Shown: positions 58,303-64,000 of the stretch, one piece after another
How the letters are laid out: each line of letters opens with the position of its first letter
Position numbering within the stretch: the stretch's first letter is position 1
NCBI GenBank assembly: GCA_023515725.1
Contig: JALDTO010000154.1
Span: 453,484-517,483 of the forward strand
Length of the DNA: 64,000 nt
DNA from: Amoeboaphelidium protococcarum X5
Lineage: Eukaryota; Fungi; Aphelidiomycota
Direction of reading: 5' to 3'
Notes under the pieces: generated by a model
The model's input: only the letters and a program-made list of their open reading frames with translations
Told to the model about the DNA's origin: nothing
Database searches by the model: none
Made by a program: the position numbers and the translations under genes

Positions 58303-59229
58303 ATGAAATACACCATTATTGTAGCTTTGGTCGCAGCCACATCTGCTCAATTTGCGGTGGCTGGGTCTCACAGACGGTCCTTAGGCGACGATAGGCAATC
58401 CTATGGCGACGACCAGAGGCAATTGAGTCAATCCCCGCAATCTGCGCCATGGTAGTAGCAGTAGAATGGTAATGGCGATTTTGGTGCAAGAGAATTCAAC
58501 AGAAGAGGAAGCATTAACACCTTTAATGATTATCGTGATCCTTAAGGCAAACAAGACTGGGAAATTGATCCCATGGATGTGGATGGCGATCTGTAACGCA
58601 CTCGCGATCAACCAGGATTATAACAAGAGGATTTCTACAAGGATCAAGATGTGCCTAGCAATAAGTTGCAACGTAATGAAGCTTTTTTACCTAATCGATA
58701 GCCTGATTACGAGGACACACTAGGAAGACCGTCAATGTTTGGACTTGGTAGTGGTCAAAAGAGTTATGACTCTTACGATAGTCAATCTTTGGGTGGCTTT
58801 GATACAGATGATGAAGAAGATGATCCGTCTGATTTTGCAGCAAATGCGCCTATTCAAGGCAGAGTTGCTAAACTTGGTGACAACTTAAAGCGGAAATGGT
58901 AGGGTATGTTCAAAGGCAAACAGCAGCCTAAGCCACGACCAGAATTAAGACGCGCTACTCGTATGTCTGAAGAAGCGTAGAGGATTGATGATGTTGAGCA
59001 TTTTATTGTCAGTTAAGAGCGCAACAAGAAGGGTTAAAGTAAATTCGGTGCTTTGAAATCAAAAAATTTTGGTGGATAAGCTCGTCCTTAGGGTGAACCT
59101 GAATTGTCGTCTGAATCGCTGGATTTGAGATTTGATTCTGGTGATGAATATGGCAGTGTCATTGGTGCCGACTTAACTTTTGCTTAAGACGACGAACAGA
59201 AGCCTCCAAGTTTTAATAGATATGCATGA
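58303..59229 (+). CDS. secreted hypothetical protein 2 (308 aa), low complexity
   Basis: Signal peptide MKYTIIVALVAATSAQFAVA; open to TGA under code 6. Confidence 0.8.
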
Positions 59230-59592
59230 ATGAATTTAACGTAATCGAGTATAATTTACGCACTTTTTAGCTTTGGTTAATGATAATCAATTTAAATATA
59301 TTATTTCGCCATTCTAAAATATTCACACAACTCTTTTACTTGATTTGACATAGACTACAGTAGCATGTTTCTTGAAATTAGCAGAACTTGTATGTAACGT
59401 GGCAGGCTTGAAATGATTGTTACATAGCTGTGACACATGTCTGGAAGTGCCAATCAAAAAGTGCCACAAGTCGACCTCATGTTCAACGTGTTACACTTGG
59501 CGTGTTCATTCGAGAGCATCAATGTCTAAAGGTTGTTCTTTTTGCTAAACAAAAACGCGTATTGCATTTAAATAATTTAGATTAGATAAGTA

Positions 59593-60291
59593 ATGAAACC
59601 AGCTATAATAATTAGTTTGACTTTGATCTCCATCGCGTCATCTATGCATCTGCCTAGATCAAAGAGCGCTCTACCTCACCAATTAAGCACAATCCCGGAG
59701 AGTGAAGGCAATAGGCCTTAATAAGCGCAACCAAATCAAAACTGGTTGTAGGAGATTAAGCCGGAAGCAGAGCCATATCAAGAAGCCAGAAGTCCGTTTG
59801 AAACAGAGGTTGGTGTCAATGGTTGGCACCGTGGTTTAAAGTAGGGGCCAGCTGTATCTCTATCAGAGATGGATAAATAAGAGGGTTACGCTGGATGGAT
59901 GAGGCAGAACGAATTAGTGCGAAAGCCAAAAATCTAGCACTCAAGCTCCAAATTTTATCCTGAAGGTAAACACTTTTAGAACACTGGCTTTGGATTCATG
60001 CGTGACTACGACGCTGAGAAGTCTCAAGGCCACTTAGACCGAGAGGAGGTAACATCTTATGGTGCTGAAGATAAGAAGGGTTAGCTGGGAATGCCGAATA
60101 GAAAAAAGGAGTCTTAGAAAAAACGTGCCGATGTTGACTTTAGTGAATAGTTCTCTTCTGGAATGTCGCTTAAAGATGAAGACTTATATAAAACATATAA
60201 CACTTATGGTGAATTAGTGGATCTACCACCGCCTATTAGTTACTCCGAAGGGAAACCCTATGAAATGCTTTGGGGATAAGACAGTCTCTGA
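59593..60291 (+). CDS. secreted hypothetical protein 3 (232 aa)
   Basis: Signal peptide MKPAIIISLTLISIASS; open to TGA under code 6. Confidence 0.78.
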
Positions 60292-60766
60292 GTTTAGGTA
60301 GTTTGAATCGAGAAAAAAAATAATGGTTATGATTGATGATGAGAGTTTAAGTTCAGATTTACATGTACCAATCTTAATTGCCATATTTTAATTTATTTTG
60401 CTGAGAACAACTCTGGAAGTGATGACTTTGCAGCCAAGGCGTGATTGATCATGAATTTACATAGAAGTGAAACTATCTTTCAACATATTTATTAACTACC
60501 ATGTATGGCGGCCAAGAATAAATGGATATGGGATGCGTTTTGGCTCATAAAGTCGTGCATTGGACATGTGCAAAGTCATTATTGATCAGCCAATTGAACG
60601 TCGGAGTTTTAAACTCTCGGTAACACCCAAGCCACCTGTAACGGGATGCAATGTCACGCATTCTAATACCACCACAACAACTTCTTCTTCCCGTTTGCCT
60701 TCCAGTATAACTTTCTAATATTGCTAACGCGTAAAAGAAAATCTAATATATATATATATATAATTG

Positions 60767-62056
60767 ATGGTTATTGTGATGATTCGTTATGTTTGGGTGG
60801 CTCTAGCTTTAATTAATGGAATTAACACTGTTACTGCTACCACTGGTGCGCGTGATGGTACTGTTTCTGCTGGGACATCAAATGGATATCGCGCTGGTGG
60901 TAGAAGTAGTATTATTTAGCAATTTAGTTAGGACACATACTCTTCCTCCGCCGATCATTTGGCCTAATATGGTGCCAGTGTTGCCGGCTCGCCTGAGTTA
61001 GGCGATGGTGGTTTGAATTAGAGGTCGCGTCAGAAGTAGATAAGTCCATTCGCCAAATTCACAGACATTCCCTTTGGCACTAAATTGGGCATTGGTGAAG
61101 ATGAGAGCGATTTGGAGTATGACCCGGAAGATCGTCCTCATGACTCTGTGTTCGATCTGTACAAGAAAACTGCCGATATTCCTGTAGATTATGCGGGCTG
61201 GGGGTCTTATTATCCGTTGAGACAGATAAAAACTAAGGCAGATGGAGAGCAATTAAAGCGCGCTTACCCTCCAATAAAAGGCTTAAATGCAGATCAAGGC
61301 TATGTGATGCCGTCTGACAAATTTGCGCGCAAAATCAATTAAGCTCAATAGACCAAGTAATATGATGAGTATGAAGTGGAAGAACTACCCCATTTTGATA
61401 GACGACCTGTGCAAAAATGGATGGAGGAGAATAATGCTAATGGGATATTAGATGTACAAGGGCTTGAATACGATCGTAAGGTACGCGAAGATTACGCAAA
61501 TGAAAGTGAAGATAATGTAGAGCATCGTGAATTGTCACCTTTAAGTAGCCAAGATTTAGGTGGTTTCTCTGATGCTGATGGTCTCAATTCTGACGATAAT
61601 TTAGCCCACTTTGCACCTCTTGATGCTAGCAATGCTTACAACACGCAAAGATAATCCGGCTGGCCCGTGCTACCTACGGAAGATTAATAATCATCTCAAG
61701 GACAGGAAGATCATCAATTATATTCGCAAGACTCTTAATAATGGGAGGATTGGGGTATTGATTAGACTTCTCAAGCGCCTTAACCGTCGAGACTGACGCT
61801 TAAGGATCGTATGAAAGTTTTGGGTGATAAAATTCGAGCGCGTGCTAATCCGCGTAGGCAGTATGATCATGATACTGAAATGATGCTTCTGTTGCCGCAG
61901 GTCGACAATAGATAGAACTCATATAATGACGAAGCTGGAACGTCCAATTAAGTTAATAATGGTAATGCTCAGCAGAAAGAACGTGCGCGTATATGGGGGA
62001 CTAATATTAGAACACCTTTTAGGAAGAAGGAGGGAGGATACTTTAGCAAGAATTGA
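60767..62056 (+). CDS. secreted hypothetical protein 4 (~429 aa)
   Basis: Signal peptide (MVIV)MIRYVWVALALINGINTVTA; contains track ORFs 61085.. and 61376..; ends RARIWGTNIRTPFRKKEGGYFSKN*. Confidence 0.8.
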
Positions 62057-62211
62057 GTGCACATGGCATTATGGAAAGCTTGATTTCTATTAGAAGTCCA
62101 TAAAAGGGTGGAATTTAATACTCAGCTATAGTTTGAAATGATGGTAATGAATTAATAAAGTTTTTAATACTTATAATACTCTGTTAATTGTAGTCTTATC
62201 AAGCGATGATG

Positions 62212-62460
62212 TCTATGTAATTCCATGATCAGCTATTCTCTGCTTTGAAATGAGCTTATTTTAAAGGGGCTTTGAGAAATTCTCGCTGCGGCCATCATAA
62301 GTTGGATGTAATAGTCAAAGAGAGACTTCAGAGCCCAATGAGGGCATTATTTATTGAAGAGCCCCTGAACATGTGGGTTAATCGATCATTGGTACACTTT
62401 AAAAAAGCTCCAGCAATCTTTTCATTGGGGTCCCCACATAGCCCCTTAATAGCAGAGTAA
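62212..62460 (-). ncRNA. putative Fanzor omegaRNA: structured scaffold (~62460-62232) plus ~20-nt guide (62231-62212)
   Basis: Directly 3' of the Fanzor gene; nested stems 62451-57/62238-44, 62440-47/62264-71, 62433-39/62371-77, 62359-69/62327-36, alternative pairing 62448-53/62232-37. Confidence 0.55.
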
Positions 62461-62558
62461 CAGTATAGTACGAGCATAACGATAAGCAATTACAAAACAC
62501 TTCTATGATTTAGTGATCAGATGTTAAGCAAGGCGCAATAGAGTCTCTTGCAAGACCT

Positions 62559-64000
62559 TCATATGGACATCACGAACTCCTTGTATAGTGTCTAATCCGC
62601 TTAGTTCGCAGTAATCAATTTCACTTCTTCCTTAGAAAAACTTCGAGACATAACATTATATGATCCAACATTATCCCGATATGCACGAAAATCACCCAAC
62701 ATGAAGTACTCATCAGCACCAAGACAGTTATGTAGCACATTCTGAAACGGATGTTGTTTCGACGTAAACTCCTCCGTTGTCACGAGCACTTACTTTCCAG
62801 ATCTAAATATATTAGCTTATGCTATTGCAATAAGTTTCAAACGACACTTGTAATGGCTAAACGCCAATAGAGTCTTTCGCGTATTTTTATGGAGAATATG
62901 CCCAGAATTTTATTAACCACGCGAGTGTGTTACCAGTACATCGGCCGTATCACTTAGAACGGGAGGTAGATTCAAACGCTTTCTCCGTTTCTTCACCATC
63001 TTAATAGTCAGAAACTCGGGAAGAATGATTAGATCATAATGCCGCATCAAATAGTTGCCAATTCGGTTATACAAGTTCGATACATATGCAGAGAATTTGG
63101 TGTAAGCACGACCAATGCCAATATCAGTGGGAACAACATTATTCTTTGATTACTTCCATGTGTGCCATAATTCTTTCTTCTACGCTTTAAACTCCTCCAG
63201 ACTCAATTGTCCATTCTGTAAAGCAGCTGCGCGATTATCCATCTAATCTTTCAGAGACTATGCATTGGAAATCTATTCACTCTTATTCTTATAAAGCTAC
63301 TTGAAATCAGGCGCAATCGCAATGAATGACCTGCGATCCAAATCGAAGACGGTCATGCTCACTCTAACACCTGGATCCACCGAGCAAGTGTTTCCAGTTT
63401 AACGGCAACGCGCATCACGGCGGCTTATAAATGATCTAGCACCTTCAAGATTCTCATCTGCATTATTCATATCTTGCAGTTGCTAGTCATACCAATCAGT
63501 GAATGGACCTTATATACAGGAGGCATCATACGAAACAATCACAAAGAACTTTTTTCTTCTTTTCACGAGCTTGAACTCTCTTCCTCTGCCATAGCCAAAC
63601 TTGATGAAACGGGGCCAGTAGTCAATCTTGCCAGGCTCTTAGAATAGAGGATCTTTGGCATACAGTTTCCCAAAGCTCTTGAGGAATGAAGGCAGTAGGC
63701 GGACGCGATTGCTATCTGGATCTACACGGGCATCTTACGCTTGAAACTGGGGCATCTAAAACTAATCATCATCTCTATTTGGCATAAAGTTGTAGTCTTT
63801 GATATCACCCTTTGTATACTTCTCATGAGCCGCATAGTAATACGTGCGAGTCGCATTAATAATCTCATCTTGCACTGTAGATGGCATTCGCATCCAACGC
63901 AATCTTGGGTCGTAATCAGGCACGCGGCACTTTTTGGCTTTGACTCAACTTAGCGCAACATGGTTCCTTAGCGCTTGTATTGACACCTTTTCTCCTTAAT
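62559..64000 (-). CDS. Fanzor2 / IS607-TnpB-like RNA-guided endonuclease (5' end outside window; in-frame TGA at 63945-63947)
   Basis: RuvC-I CSVDPGVR (D at 63375-77), YDLIILPEFLTIKMV, LHKNTRKTLLAFSHYK, rearranged Glu motif TTEEFTSK (~62772), RuvC-III YRDNVGSYNVM (D at 62673-75); ~19 internal TAA/TAG read as Gln. Confidence 0.88.

Noticed and set aside
60446-62231. The 18/20 inverted match read as terminal inverted repeats of a 1.8-kb transposon carrying gene 4
   Set aside because: No target-site duplication visible (flanks GTGAT and GCTAT) and one copy abuts the putative omegaRNA scaffold; not fully excluded
62601-62789. Fanzor ending at TAA 62601 as shown in the track
   Set aside because: TAA is Gln here; the frame continues to TGA at 62559-62561

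Overview
Gene-dense eukaryotic nuclear DNA (roughly 40% GC, few short GT-AG introns) in which TAA and TAG encode Gln and only TGA stops (translation table 6). The supplied standard-code ORF track therefore fragments almost every gene. Fungal-type genes combined with this code point to an aphelid such as Amoeboaphelidium protococcarum (inference). Re-translated, the window holds about 36 genes: housekeeping genes (RPL20, METTL6, YAR1, TAT, ELP3, MRD1, a USP, RAB6, a TPS-family subunit, ICP55, RER1, ADE4, TPI1, YKT6, APEH, KHDC4, CWF18, ALG6, BCKDHA), an intronless ~2437-aa Piezo, and accessory genes (a TAGT/GREB1-like glycosyltransferase, two PD-(D/E)XK nucleases, a secreted DUF5995 protein, a GH18 chitinase fused to a lysozyme-like domain, and four tandem secreted effector-like proteins). 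The most striking locus is at the right end. A Fanzor2/IS607-TnpB-like RNA-guided nuclease, recoded into the host code, has an intact RuvC triad but no zinc finger and an in-frame TGA near the window edge. It is followed by a ~230-nt multi-stem putative omegaRNA. The 20 nt immediately after the scaffold match (18/20) a site ~300 bp upstream of the neighbouring secreted-protein gene. All translations and motif assignments were done by eye, with no database searches.
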